A DNA stretch of 64,000 bases, from the NCBI GenBank assembly GCA_020053305.1, contig JAGVNJ010000050.1, forward strand, positions 368 to 64,367, in the 5' to 3' direction. The notes beneath the pieces are model-generated. The model saw nothing but the letters and a program-made list of their open reading frames with translations, did not search any database and had not been told where the DNA came from. This document shows positions 33,469-44,613 of this stretch, piece by piece. The translations under genes and the position numbers were made by a program. Position 1 is the first letter of the stretch; each line of letters starts with the position of its first letter. This DNA is from Candidatus Edwardsbacteria bacterium (lineage in GTDB: Bacteria; Edwardsbacteria; AC1; EtOH8).

Positions 33469-34614
33469 ATGGCGGAGAGACACCTTTTGACTTCCGAGTC
33501 GGTGACCGAAGGACATCCCGATAAGATGTGCGACCAGGTATCGGATGCGATACTGGACGCCATCCTGGACCAGGATATAAACGGCCGGGTGGCCTGCGAG
33601 ACCCTGGTGACCACCGGGATGGTGCTGGTGGCCGGGGAGATTTCGACCAACTGCTACATCGACATCCCGCGGCTGGTCCGGGAGACCATCAAGGATATCG
33701 GCTATACCGACGCCAAGAGCGGGTTCGATTACGAAACCTGCGCGGTGGTGACCTCCATCCAGGAGCAGTCCTGCGACATTGCCATGGGGGTGGATACCGG
33801 CGGGGCCGGCGACCAGGGGATGATGTTCGGCTATGCCTGCAACGAGACCCCGGAGCTGATGCCGATGCCCATCAGCCTGGCCCACAAACTCTGCAAGAGG
33901 CTGTCCGAGGTCCGCAAAAAGGGCACCATGGATTACCTGCGCCCCGACGGCAAGTCCCAGGTGACCATCGAATACGTCAACGGCCTGCCCAAGAGGGTTG
34001 ACACCATCGTGGTCTCCACCCAGCATGATGCCAATGTCTCCGAGGACAAGGTCAAGCGGGATATCGTCAAGCATGTCATCAACCGGGTGGTGGACGGCAA
34101 GATGATGGACGACCGGACCAAGATCATGGTCAATCCCACCGGACGGTTCGTGATCGGCGGGCCCCAGGGCGACACCGGACTGACCGGGCGTAAGATCATC
34201 GTCGACACCTACGGAGGCATCGGACGCCACGGCGGCGGCTGCTTCTCGGGCAAGGATCCCACCAAGGTGGACCGCAGCGCGGCCTATGCCGCCAGGTATA
34301 TCGCCAAGAACATCGTGGCCGCCGGCCTGGCCCAGCGCTGCGAGATCCAACTGGCCTACGCCATCGGGGTGGCCGAGCCGGTGTCCATCATGGTGGACAC
34401 CTACGGCACCGGCAAGGTGGAGGATGCCAAGCTGACCAAGCTGATCCGGCAGTACTTCGACCTGACCCCCCACGGGATCATCACCATGCTCAAACTGCGC
34501 CAGCCCATATACCGCAAAACCGCCGCCTACGGCCATTTCGGCCGGGAGGAGGAGGGCTTCCCCTGGGAGAAGACCGACGTATCCGACAAACTGAAATCCG
34601 CAGCCAAGAAATAA
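33469..34614 (+). CDS. metK: S-adenosylmethionine synthetase
   Basis: Near-invariant MetK motifs: [25 protein letters not shown] and GGGAFSGKD (seen here as GGGCFSGKD). Confidence 0.95.
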   Translation: MAERHLLTSESVTEGHPDKMCDQVSDAILDAILDQDINGRVACETLVTTGMVLVAGEISTNCYIDIPRLVRETIKDIGYTDAKSGFDYETCAVVTSIQEQSCDIAMGVDTGGAGDQGMMFGYACNETPELMPMPISLAHKLCKRLSEVRKKGTMDYLRPDGKSQVTIEYVNGLPKRVDTIVVSTQHDANVSEDKVKRDIVKHVINRVVDGKMMDDRTKIMVNPTGRFVIGGPQGDTGLTGRKIIVDTYGGIGRHGGGCFSGKDPTKVDRSAAYAARYIAKNIVAAGLAQRCEIQLAYAIGVAEPVSIMVDTYGTGKVEDAKLTKLIRQYFDLTPHGIITMLKLRQPIYRKTAAYGHFGREEEGFPWEKTDVSDKLKSAAKK

Positions 34615-34627
34615 TTAGGAGAAATAA

Positions 34628-35884
<1,257 letters not shown>

Positions 35885-35902
35885 AAAATATTTATCAAGC
35901 AG

Positions 35903-35934
35903 AATGCCTGACGGGTGAAGCCCGTCAGGCATTC
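35903..35934. terminator. Perfect 14-bp stem hairpin between convergent ahcY and lptFG units
   Basis: GAATGCCTGACGGG-tgaa-CCCGTCAGGCATTC directly after the ahcY stop. Could terminate either unit. Confidence 0.6.
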
Positions 35935-36068
35935 CATAAAAACAAGCCGGAGTATATTTAACGACCGATCAACGTAAGCGGTAACCACCGGGAAACTTTG
36001 TTAATCTGGCCCCCCATGACAATTGATTGTCCGGGGGCGGTGGTTATTGCTGGGCAGGATCGGTCTTT

Positions 36069-37157
36069 TTATTTGGGAGCCCGGTAGAGCAGGAAGGCTC
36101 CTATGGCCCCGAATATAATGTTGGGCAGCCAGGCCGCCAGGACGGGCGAAAGCATGGCGCTGTGCCCCAGGGCTCGTCCGGTCTGCAGCAGCCCCCAAAA
36201 AACAAAGCAGGTCAACAACGATATGGCAAAGCCCGAGGCCGTGCTGCCTTTGCGCGAATTGGACAGCAGGGGAAGGCCGAACAGCAGGATGATGAAATTG
36301 GCGAAGGGGAATGATAACTTGAGATACAGGTCCACCATTGATTGCTGGACCTGGTTGCCGGACCTCTTTAACCGGTCGATGAACTGGCGCAGCTCAAAGA
36401 AACCCATCTCATCGGGCAGCAGTTCGCGCTTGGAGAAGGAGGCCGGGGCCTCCTCATAGCCGGTGAGTTTTAATTGCTGAAGGCTGTCGGAAACCTCCGT
36501 TCCGTCGGGGCGGAAATTTCGGATTATGACCTTTTCCAGCAGCCAGGCGTCTCCGGTCCAGGCGCCTCTGACCGCGTCCACCCGCTGCAATATCCGGTTC
36601 TGCTGGTCGACCTGGAAAATGGAGACCGAGTCCATCACCGCTTTTTCCACGTTGTATCTTTTAATGAAGAACTGGCGGCCCTGGCTGCCGTCGTATAACA
36701 GGTTGAATCTGGTCTGGGGCTCCTGGGATAGTTGCTTCTTTATCCGGACCCTCTCCAGGCTGCCTTTTTTCTGGTTGGTGAACGGGACGATGGTTTCGCC
36801 GGCCGCCATCACCGCCAGGCTTATCAGCAGGCCCAGTATGAACAGGGGGGCGAATATCCGATAGAGGCTCAGCCCGGCGGCTTTCATGGCCACGATCTCG
36901 TGATGGCGGGCCATCTGGCTGATGGTGGCCATGCTGGCCAGCAGCATGGCCACCGGCAGGGTCAGGATCATTATGTAGGGTATCTGATAGATGTAAAACA
37001 GGGCCACCAGATGATAGGGCACCCGGTGGTCGATGAACATATCCAGCTTTTCGAAGATATCCACCAGGACGAAGATCAGCACAAAGGCGGTCTGCGAAAA
37101 GATCAGCGATTTCAGGAATTCCCGGGAGAGGTATTTATCCAGTATTTTTATCGGCAT
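36069..37157 (-). CDS. LPS export ABC permease (LptF/LptG, YjgP/YjgQ family)
   Basis: N-terminal ILDKYLSREF, six TM segments and a periplasmic beta-jellyroll region between TM3 and TM4. Start taken at the internal Met (MPIKILDKYL). Confidence 0.75.
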   Translation of the reverse strand: MPIKILDKYLSREFLKSLIFSQTAFVLIFVLVDIFEKLDMFIDHRVPYHLVALFYIYQIPYIMILTLPVAMLLASMATISQMARHHEIVAMKAAGLSLYRIFAPLFILGLLISLAVMAAGETIVPFTNQKKGSLERVRIKKQLSQEPQTRFNLLYDGSQGRQFFIKRYNVEKAVMDSVSIFQVDQQNRILQRVDAVRGAWTGDAWLLEKVIIRNFRPDGTEVSDSLQQLKLTGYEEAPASFSKRELLPDEMGFFELRQFIDRLKRSGNQVQQSMVDLYLKLSFPFANFIILLFGLPLLSNSRKGSTASGFAISLLTCFVFWGLLQTGRALGHSAMLSPVLAAWLPNIIFGAIGAFLLYRAPK

Positions 37158-38367
37158 AACGGTTCTTTTTAAAGCTGAATTCATAATTCTTCCAGAACAG
37201 CAGGATCAGGCCGCAGATTCCCAGCACCATGTTGGCGGCCCACATGGCCAGCACCGGGGAAAGGATCTGCCGGTCGGCCAGCTCCTCGCCGCCGATCAGG
37301 GCTATATAATACAGGACAAAGAATCCCAGCGACAGCCCGAAGCTGACCCCCAGGTTGCCCTTGCGGGTGATGATGCCCAGGGGGGCCCCGATCAGGATGA
37401 ATACCAGGCAGGCCGCTGGGATGGCCATCTTCTTCTGGATCTCCACCTGATAGCGCCTGATCTCCGATACCCGGTTGTGGACCTCGGAGGAAAGCTGGCT
37501 CAAACGGGGTGGGGGGAGGCTGGAGCTGTCGGCCAGCTGGGCCTGTAGGGGCTTCAGCTCGGTCCGGATATTGGCGATCACCAGTTTCATCATGGCCGAG
37601 GACATCTCCCGGTCGCTGCGGTAGGTCCGCACCTGATGCTGGATCTGGGGGTCCATCGGCAGGTATAAAATATGTTTTTTGAAACTGATGCGGTGGTAGC
37701 GGGTCTTGTCCTCCGGGTCCAATTGGTGGATCTCCCCGTTCATCAGTTCCAGCTTCAGCGAGGCGGCTTGGGGGGTCACCATCAGCCGACCCTTGGATGC
37801 CAGGATGGTCCGGGGCTGGGAGTTGCCCTTCTGCTCGTAGATGGTTATATTGCCCAGCTCCGAGGTCTTGGGGTCGATCCGCCGGATCAGAATATTATAG
37901 TCGGGAAAGTCGGTGATGAAGATGTTCTCCTTGAGCTGCAGGGTGGGCTTGGTCTCGGAGATGTCCATCAGCAGATTTTTGACCATATGGTTGGTCTCGG
38001 GCATCAGGCGGTCGTTGAATAAATACAGCCCGGCGGTCAGGATGATCCCGGCCAGGAAGGGAGCAATGATAAGCCTGATGAAAGGGGTCCCGCTGGACCG
38101 GATGGCCGTCAGCTCGTTGTCCTGGGCCAGCCGCCCGTAATTCATGATTACCGCCACCAGCACCGCCATGGGGACGGTCATGGTCAGCATGTAGGGGAGG
38201 CTCAGAAAAAATACCTTACTGACTATCAGGATCGGCACTTTTTTCTGGATGATCATATTGATAAGCTCGAACAGCCGGTCCATCAGCAGAACGAAGGTCA
38301 GCACCGTCAGGGCCAGAAAAAACGGAAGGGCATGGCCCTTTATCAGGTAGCGGTCGATTATCTTCAT
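37135..38367 (-). CDS. LPS export ABC permease (LptF/LptG, YjgP/YjgQ family)
   Basis: MKIIDRYLIKGHALPFF N-terminus is typical of LptF/LptG. Paired with the downstream paralog. Confidence 0.75.
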   Translation of the reverse strand: MKIIDRYLIKGHALPFFLALTVLTFVLLMDRLFELINMIIQKKVPILIVSKVFFLSLPYMLTMTVPMAVLVAVIMNYGRLAQDNELTAIRSSGTPFIRLIIAPFLAGIILTAGLYLFNDRLMPETNHMVKNLLMDISETKPTLQLKENIFITDFPDYNILIRRIDPKTSELGNITIYEQKGNSQPRTILASKGRLMVTPQAASLKLELMNGEIHQLDPEDKTRYHRISFKKHILYLPMDPQIQHQVRTYRSDREMSSAMMKLVIANIRTELKPLQAQLADSSSLPPPRLSQLSSEVHNRVSEIRRYQVEIQKKMAIPAACLVFILIGAPLGIITRKGNLGVSFGLSLGFFVLYYIALIGGEELADRQILSPVLAMWAANMVLGICGLILLFWKNYEFSFKKNRYADKNTG

Positions 38368-38451
38368 AGGTCTGTAATGTTATCCGGTATTGGCATAAAA
38401 AGCAAGAATTTTTTATTGAAGTTGTAACATAAGCTGTGATAAACTAACCAT

Positions 38452-41400
38452 ATGCTCCATAGAAAATCCAAAATATATTCGTTGTCTTTGGCTCTGATCC
38501 TGACGGCGTCGGCGCTGGACATCGCCGGGAAGGCCCGGGCCCAGGAATTCGGACCATTGGAGGATATCACGGCGGATTACAATGCCGAGAGCTTCCGGAA
38601 AAACGTCAGGACCGCCAGCTACAGCATAGACCACCGGCTGGGGCTGATGATAGAGCAGGAGCTGGTTTCCCAGCTGAGCTTTGGGGTCAGGTATTACAGC
38701 CTGCCCGCCTTTTTGGAAAAACTGCGAATCGAGGGTACGGACAGCGCCTGGGCGAGGAACAATCATGCCTTCTTGTCAAAGCCGCCTCAGGAGAGGACCG
38801 GGGAGGGGCTGATCCCCGACATCCAGATACCCATCCCGGGGCTGGGCAGGGCCTTCGGCTCCGGGGCCCAGATAAAGGTCAGCGGCAACCAGAAGATAAC
38901 CGCCGGATACGACCGGACCACCTACAACCAGATCGGCCGGGACCTGGACGCCAATGCCACAACCGATGACGACCGGATAAACATCAAGCAGGCGCAACGA
39001 GTGAATCTGGAGGGGGTGATCGGCGACCGGGTGCATGTGCTGATAGATTACGACAGCGAGGCCGATCCTGACAAACGTAGCAAGGTCCGCCTGCGATATG
39101 AAGGCCAGGAGGACGAGATCCTGCAGAGCCTGGAGGCTGGGGACACCGAATTTTCCCTAAGCGGCTCCTCTCTGGTGGGCGGGCTGACCACGGTCCACAA
39201 GGGCCTGTTCGGGCTTAAGGGGGTGGCCCGGCTGGGGGGCTTCGAGCTGACGGCCATCGCCAGCAAGGACGAGGGCCAGAGCCAGACCAGCTCGTTCGAC
39301 GGCTCGAATGTAACCTCCTCCGTCACCCACCTGGACAATGAATTCATGCAGTATACGGTATACGAGATCATCCCCGGCGGGCTATTGGGCGATACCATCG
39401 AGGCCATAAAGGTCTATATCAAGAATGATCATGTCACCCCCAATGCCGCCGCCCATTACCTGAAGGACCGGAGCTGGCGGGATTTCAGGGGAATTCCCCG
39501 GGATACGATTTACGGCCCGGTTAGAATGGATGTCAAGACCGAGATCACCGATTTCATCCTGGACGATGCCGTAACCGGCCGGATAATTCTGGCCGCCGGC
39601 ATCTACGATCAATCGGTGCTGGGGGTGGCCTATAAGACCAAAAAAGGCGGCTATTATCCCAGCAAATATAATTTCGACAACTCGGATACCCTGATGCTGG
39701 TGAAGCCGGCCAACTGCCAGCCCGCCGATACCATAAACGGCTATTGCTGGAATTATGAAAAAAGAAATTATTATTCCTTGAACGGCCGGGGCATTGATTT
39801 CTCCACCCTGACCATAAAGCTGCAATACCGCAAAGAGAATGAATGGGTGGATAATGATTCGGCCAGCCAGAAGACCTTCCTGGAACTGCTGGGCCTGGAG
39901 AATGCCGGGGCCCTGTATGATAATTATATCAACCAGGAGGAGGGCTATTATTTCTTCCCCCAGGCTCAGCCGTTCCTGTCCCCGGCTCTGCCTGACAGCT
40001 GTCCTGACATCTACCGGGTGAAGAATCTGACCAATTATTCCGCCAAATACCGCTTTATCATCACCTACAAATCCACCGTGGCGATGTATCCCCTGAACGC
40101 CCCGGGGCGCCTGCTGGAGGGCACGGTCAGCGTCACCCTGGACGGATCACCGGTCTCGTCCGGCGAATATACGGTGGATTACGAGATGGGGACGGTCACC
40201 TTCAACGACCGGATCAAAAACATACTGCAGAGCAATGCCGCCCTTAAGATAGATTATCAATACCTGCCAGCGTTCGCTTTGGGGTCCAAGACCCTGGCCG
40301 GCCTGAGGGGCATCTATAAATTCGGGGAGAGCGGCCAGCTGGGCGGCACCTGGCTGTACCGCAGCGAGCAGACCCCGGACGAAAAGCCCCGGCTGGGCGA
40401 GGAACCCCGCCGGATAATCGTGGCCGGGCTGGACGGGAGCTACCAGGCCGCCCCCGATTTTCTCACCAGCTGGACCAATGCCCTGCCGCTGGTGGAGACC
40501 GAGGCCCCGTCCAACTTCAAGCTGACCGGCGAGGTGGCCGGAAATTTCCCCAACCCCAATACCAAGGGCCAGGTGTACATAGACGATATGGACGGCAGCA
40601 AGGTGTCCGACGAGTTCAACCTGAGCCGCTCGGCCTGGGTGCGCTCCAGCGTCCCTCCGGGCAAGACCGATACCCTGCTGGCCAAAACATTTTATTGGTA
40701 CAACCCCACCACCCAGGTCACCATGAAAGAGATCAATCCCGCCATCACCGATGAGACCCAGAAGAACGAAACCATCAGAACATTATTTTTTAAGTATGAA
40801 TCCGGACATCAGGACTCCTTGAACTCCTGGGCCGGGGTCACCCAGCTGATAAGCAAGACCGGGCTTGATTTAAGCCAGAGCAAACTGCTTAACCTCTGGA
40901 TAAGGGGCACTAAAGGGATCGTCCACATAGATATCGGGCGGAATATTGACGAGGATCAGGTATGGTGGACCAAGAAGGGTCTGCACCCGCAAAATAAAAA
41001 AGTGGACTGCGAGCCCTTGAACCTCAACCGGGAGCCGGTCTATACCGATAACACCGACATCGGCCTGGACCGGGTAAGGGGGAATGACAGCACTTATTCA
41101 TCCGCGTCAAGCGAAGACGGGACCGACGATTATGTTGTTGACGTAAATAAACCCGACTACAGTAAAATAAACGGAACCGAGCGCAACGGCTATTACGACA
41201 CCGAGGACCTTAAGATGAACGGCCTGGATTCGATGGATGTGCCCCAGCTGGGCAATAATTATTACACCTTCCGTTTCGATCTCTCCCAAAGCCCGGCCAA
41301 TCAATACGGCTGGCGCCAGCTGTCGGCTTTGCTGGATACCGCCCAGCCGGTGGGGCCCCAGCTGGGCTGGAGCTCCATTCAGTATGCCCGGATCTGGGTG

Positions 41401-44091
41401 GACAGCTGTCCGGTCAACAGCACCGCTTTTGAGATTGCCATGATAGAGGTCAGCGGCAACCGCTGGCAGGAGGAGGGGGTGTTTTCCAACGACACCCTCG
41501 ATGCCGCCGATCCCTCCGAAAAGTTCACCATAGAGGTGAAAAACAACCGGGATAATTCCGATTATACCCTGCCCCCCAATACCGAACAGAAGGACGATCA
41601 GGGAAGGGTGGAGTTCGAGCAGAGCCTGGTTTTCAATATCGACAGCCTGCGCTCCGGGCATTACGTCAAAGCCGGAAAGATACTGCGGGGCAGGGAGAAT
41701 AATTATACCGGGTACGAAACACTGAAGATCTGGGCCCACAGCAACGACAGCACCAATGTCAAGAAATCATTCGCCCTGCGGCTGATCGGCAACGATCCCA
41801 ACAGCTACTACCAGTACAAACAAGCCCTGTATTCCGGCTGGCAGGAGATGACCATGGATATACTTAAGTTCAGCGACCTGAAAAAACTGCCCTTTCCCTC
41901 CGACACCACCGACAAGATCAGAGCCAGCGGCAACTACTCCCTGAAGGGGAATCCCAGCCTGAAGGAGCTTAACGGAATCGCTTTGTGCGTTTTCAACGAC
42001 GACACCGGCCGGATATTCAGCGACGAGGTCTGGTTCGACGAACTGCGGCTGGACGATGTCCGCCGGGACCGGGGCACCGCCATCGCCTCCAGCGCCTCGA
42101 TTAACTTTGCCGATCTGCTATCGCTCAATGCTTCATACAATAAGATCGGAAGCCACTGGTACGGGATCAATACCGACGGCACCGGCTCCGGGGTCAAGAG
42201 TATTAGCTATAACTTCAGCGGCAGTTTCAACGCCCACAAACTTTACCTGGAACGGCTGGGTTTAACCCTTCCCATCGGCTTCCGATACGGCGAATCACAA
42301 CAGTTCAGCGAATACGGGGCCGACGATATCAGGCTTACCGAGGAGGAGAGCCGGGCCCAGATGGCCCTCTCCCAGAATGCCGGGTTTGACGTCTCCTTCT
42401 CCAAGAGTATGACCCAATGGTGGCTGACCAACCTTACCATAGACCGAATATCCCCCCGGTTCACCTGGAGCCGCAGCGTCACCGACAGCCGGACGACGGC
42501 TGACAGCAGCACCAGAACCGATCTGAGTTTGGGTTACGGCTGGAGCGCCGGAGGAAAAAGATCCTTCAAGACCTGGCCGGGATTGCAATTTTATTATCTG
42601 CCCAGTTCCTTCGGCCTGGGCTGGTCCCGCCAGCAGGAAAAAAGATGGTATTGGGACAAGCTCACCGGGGTGGAGAACAACAACGGCAGCAGGGATACCC
42701 GAAGCGGCCAGGGACAGCTCTCATGGCAGCTGATGAACTCCCTGAGTTACTCCTTCAACACTGCCAGAAATCTGAAGGACCGGTTCTTCCAGGGAGACTG
42801 GGCCAGAAGGTTCGACCTGGGGTCCGAGACCTCCCGTTCCCAGAGGGTGAACTACAGCACCACCCTTGACTGGCTGAAGGTCATCAAGCCCAGCCTGGCG
42901 TTCTCCACCCAGTACAGCGAGGGCCACAGCCTGGCCGCCAAGCCCAGCATCGTGGACACCTTCCACCTGCTGAATGTCAGCAATTCCAACAGCCTGTCCC
43001 TGAACAGCAGCCTGGCTGTGGGCAAATGGCTGGCCAAAGTAACCGGCTTGCGCAACAAGGCCAAGGACGATTCGTCCGAGGTGGGAACCCCCCGCTGGCT
43101 GGTGACAAAGCTTGACTACCTGTTCAACAAGCTGGGTGGGGTGCAGGCTTCTTACAGCCGCGATAACTCCAGCCAGGCCTCGAACCTGCTGATGAGGCGC
43201 CCCGATATGTTGTATCAGTTCGGCCTGAAGCAGCAGGCCACGGATATCCCCCGGTATTTCCAGGCCAGCCCCGACCGCAATACCATCCGCAATTCATATT
43301 CCCTGGGCACCAGCCTGGAGTTGATGAGGCTGTCGCTGAACCTTTCCTTCCGCCGCAGCGACGACACCACCATCGTGGGCGAGGCCCGGAACTCCAGCCG
43401 CAGCGTCACCTGGCCGGAGCTGAGGGCCACCCTGGCCGGCCTGGAGAGATGGGGCCTGTGGAAAAAGTCCCTGACCAGCGCCAGCCTGACCTCCTCCTAC
43501 AGCCGGACCATCGACAAGACCTGGGAGAACCAGAAGGCGCTGGTCAGGATCGCCACCAAGAATAATTTCACCCCGATACTTTCGATGTCCGGACGATGGA
43601 AGAAAAACATCAGCACCAGCCTGAATTTCGATTACAGCAGCCAGAAGAGCGACGATGTTATCGGTCAGGGGCGTGACACCTACAACCAGAACTTTAAAAC
43701 CAGCAGCTCCGTTTCCTATTCCTTCAGCGCCCCCAAGGGATTCAAGCTCAATCTGTGGAAGCTGGGCAAAAAGCGGATAAAATTCAACAGCGAGCTCAGC
43801 TTGACCTCACTGTTCAGCTATTCCATCATCGGCGCCAGGAATGCCATTCCGGAGGGGGAGGTTGCCGCCATGTGGGAGCTGGTCACCGAGACCGATTATG
43901 AAAAGATAACCGATCTGGGCTATACTTCGCTGGTCCACGAATTTGCCATGTCGCCCAGCGCAAAATACAATTTCACCCGGAGCATCACCGGGTCGGCCTC
44001 GGTTGACTACAGCTTCACCCACGACAAGATTGCCAAGAGCAACAACCGCAACCGAACGGCCTTCAACGCCTCGGTGGAGATCAAGTTTTAA
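38452..44091 (+). CDS. Giant (1,879 aa) secreted outer-membrane beta-barrel-like protein; SprA-like candidate
   Basis: Cleavable signal peptide (LALILTASALDIAGKARAQE). C-terminal residue Phe preceded by an alternating hydrophobic beta-strand (ASVEIKF). The C-terminal about 900 aa are rich in S/T/N/Y/W/G/R with alternating hydrophobicity. No internal repeats. Confidence 0.55.
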   Translation: MLHRKSKIYSLSLALILTASALDIAGKARAQEFGPLEDITADYNAESFRKNVRTASYSIDHRLGLMIEQELVSQLSFGVRYYSLPAFLEKLRIEGTDSAWARNNHAFLSKPPQERTGEGLIPDIQIPIPGLGRAFGSGAQIKVSGNQKITAGYDRTTYNQIGRDLDANATTDDDRINIKQAQRVNLEGVIGDRVHVLIDYDSEADPDKRSKVRLRYEGQEDEILQSLEAGDTEFSLSGSSLVGGLTTVHKGLFGLKGVARLGGFELTAIASKDEGQSQTSSFDGSNVTSSVTHLDNEFMQYTVYEIIPGGLLGDTIEAIKVYIKNDHVTPNAAAHYLKDRSWRDFRGIPRDTIYGPVRMDVKTEITDFILDDAVTGRIILAAGIYDQSVLGVAYKTKKGGYYPSKYNFDNSDTLMLVKPANCQPADTINGYCWNYEKRNYYSLNGRGIDFSTLTIKLQYRKENEWVDNDSASQKTFLELLGLENAGALYDNYINQEEGYYFFPQAQPFLSPALPDSCPDIYRVKNLTNYSAKYRFIITYKSTVAMYPLNAPGRLLEGTVSVTLDGSPVSSGEYTVDYEMGTVTFNDRIKNILQSNAALKIDYQYLPAFALGSKTLAGLRGIYKFGESGQLGGTWLYRSEQTPDEKPRLGEEPRRIIVAGLDGSYQAAPDFLTSWTNALPLVETEAPSNFKLTGEVAGNFPNPNTKGQVYIDDMDGSKVSDEFNLSRSAWVRSSVPPGKTDTLLAKTFYWYNPTTQVTMKEINPAITDETQKNETIRTLFFKYESGHQDSLNSWAGVTQLISKTGLDLSQSKLLNLWIRGTKGIVHIDIGRNIDEDQVWWTKKGLHPQNKKVDCEPLNLNREPVYTDNTDIGLDRVRGNDSTYSSASSEDGTDDYVVDVNKPDYSKINGTERNGYYDTEDLKMNGLDSMDVPQLGNNYYTFRFDLSQSPANQYGWRQLSALLDTAQPVGPQLGWSSIQYARIWVDSCPVNSTAFEIAMIEVSGNRWQEEGVFSNDTLDAADPSEKFTIEVKNNRDNSDYTLPPNTEQKDDQGRVEFEQSLVFNIDSLRSGHYVKAGKILRGRENNYTGYETLKIWAHSNDSTNVKKSFALRLIGNDPNSYYQYKQALYSGWQEMTMDILKFSDLKKLPFPSDTTDKIRASGNYSLKGNPSLKELNGIALCVFNDDTGRIFSDEVWFDELRLDDVRRDRGTAIASSASINFADLLSLNASYNKIGSHWYGINTDGTGSGVKSISYNFSGSFNAHKLYLERLGLTLPIGFRYGESQQFSEYGADDIRLTEEESRAQMALSQNAGFDVSFSKSMTQWWLTNLTIDRISPRFTWSRSVTDSRTTADSSTRTDLSLGYGWSAGGKRSFKTWPGLQFYYLPSSFGLGWSRQQEKRWYWDKLTGVENNNGSRDTRSGQGQLSWQLMNSLSYSFNTARNLKDRFFQGDWARRFDLGSETSRSQRVNYSTTLDWLKVIKPSLAFSTQYSEGHSLAAKPSIVDTFHLLNVSNSNSLSLNSSLAVGKWLAKVTGLRNKAKDDSSEVGTPRWLVTKLDYLFNKLGGVQASYSRDNSSQASNLLMRRPDMLYQFGLKQQATDIPRYFQASPDRNTIRNSYSLGTSLELMRLSLNLSFRRSDDTTIVGEARNSSRSVTWPELRATLAGLERWGLWKKSLTSASLTSSYSRTIDKTWENQKALVRIATKNNFTPILSMSGRWKKNISTSLNFDYSSQKSDDVIGQGRDTYNQNFKTSSSVSYSFSAPKGFKLNLWKLGKKRIKFNSELSLTSLFSYSIIGARNAIPEGEVAAMWELVTETDYEKITDLGYTSLVHEFAMSPSAKYNFTRSITGSASVDYSFTHDKIAKSNNRNRTAFNASVEIKF

Positions 44092-44099
44092 CGCTTGAA

Positions 44100-44534
44100 T
44101 TGGCGGGAGAGATGTTTGGGTTGACCCCGGACGAAAAAAAAGTCATAATATTTTTTATTGCGGCCCTGGCGCTGGGCAATGCCGTACTGCTCTACAAGAA
44201 AATGCATCCGGACTCTGCCCCGGAGCTTAAATACGGCGGGCCGGAATTGCCCCGGGCCATCGAGCAGCCGGGGTCATTTCCGGCCGGCCCGGAAGCTGCG
44301 GCAAAAAATCAATGGCCGGTCAAAAAGCTCCCGGCCGGAAAGATAGACCTCAATCGGGCCGGCCCCCGGGACCTGCAGAGGCTGCCGGCCATCGGCCCGG
44401 CCATGGCCAAAAAAATAATTGATTTCAGGAAGGAATCAGGCGATTTCAAAAAAGTCGAGGACCTGATGAAGGTCAAGGGCATCGGCCATAAAAAATTCAA
44501 CCGGCTCCGGGAGCATGTCTTTGTAGACCATTAA
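44100..44534 (+). CDS. comEA: ComEA-like helix-hairpin-helix DNA-binding protein (competence DNA receptor)
   Basis: N-terminal TM (VIIFFIAALALGNAVLLY), Pro-rich linker and a C-terminal tandem HhH (IDLNRAGPRDLQRLPAIGPAMAKKIIDFRKESGDFKKVEDLMKVKGIGHKKF). Start is TTG at 44100 or ATG at 44112. Confidence 0.8.
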   Translation: MAGEMFGLTPDEKKVIIFFIAALALGNAVLLYKKMHPDSAPELKYGGPELPRAIEQPGSFPAGPEAAAKNQWPVKKLPAGKIDLNRAGPRDLQRLPAIGPAMAKKIIDFRKESGDFKKVEDLMKVKGIGHKKFNRLREHVFVDH

Positions 44535-44561
44535 GCGACATCATGTTAAAAGACAAATTGC

Positions 44562-44591
44562 TTGACATTTGCAACTTGCATATGCTATAGT
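44562..44591 (+). promoter_or_regulatory. Sigma-70-like promoter (TTGACA-N18-TATAGT) upstream of pilB1
   Basis: Exact -35 hexamer and near-consensus -10. GAGGGA ribosome-binding site before the ATG at 44614. Confidence 0.55.
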
Positions 44592-44613
44592 ATTTCAAAT
44601 TGAGGGAGACGCT

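Noticed and set aside
36000-36070. Extended hairpin CCCCCATGACAATTGATTGTCCGGGGG downstream of lptFG as a riboswitch-like element
   Set aside because: Simple nested palindrome between convergent transcription units with no flanking conserved motifs. Most economically a bidirectional terminator.
38452-44091. Giant protein as an RHS/YD-repeat toxin or repetitive adhesin
   Set aside because: No YD, cadherin or Ig-like internal periodicity visible. Composition and C-terminal Phe strand point to an integral OM beta-barrel rather than a fibrous adhesin or polymorphic toxin.
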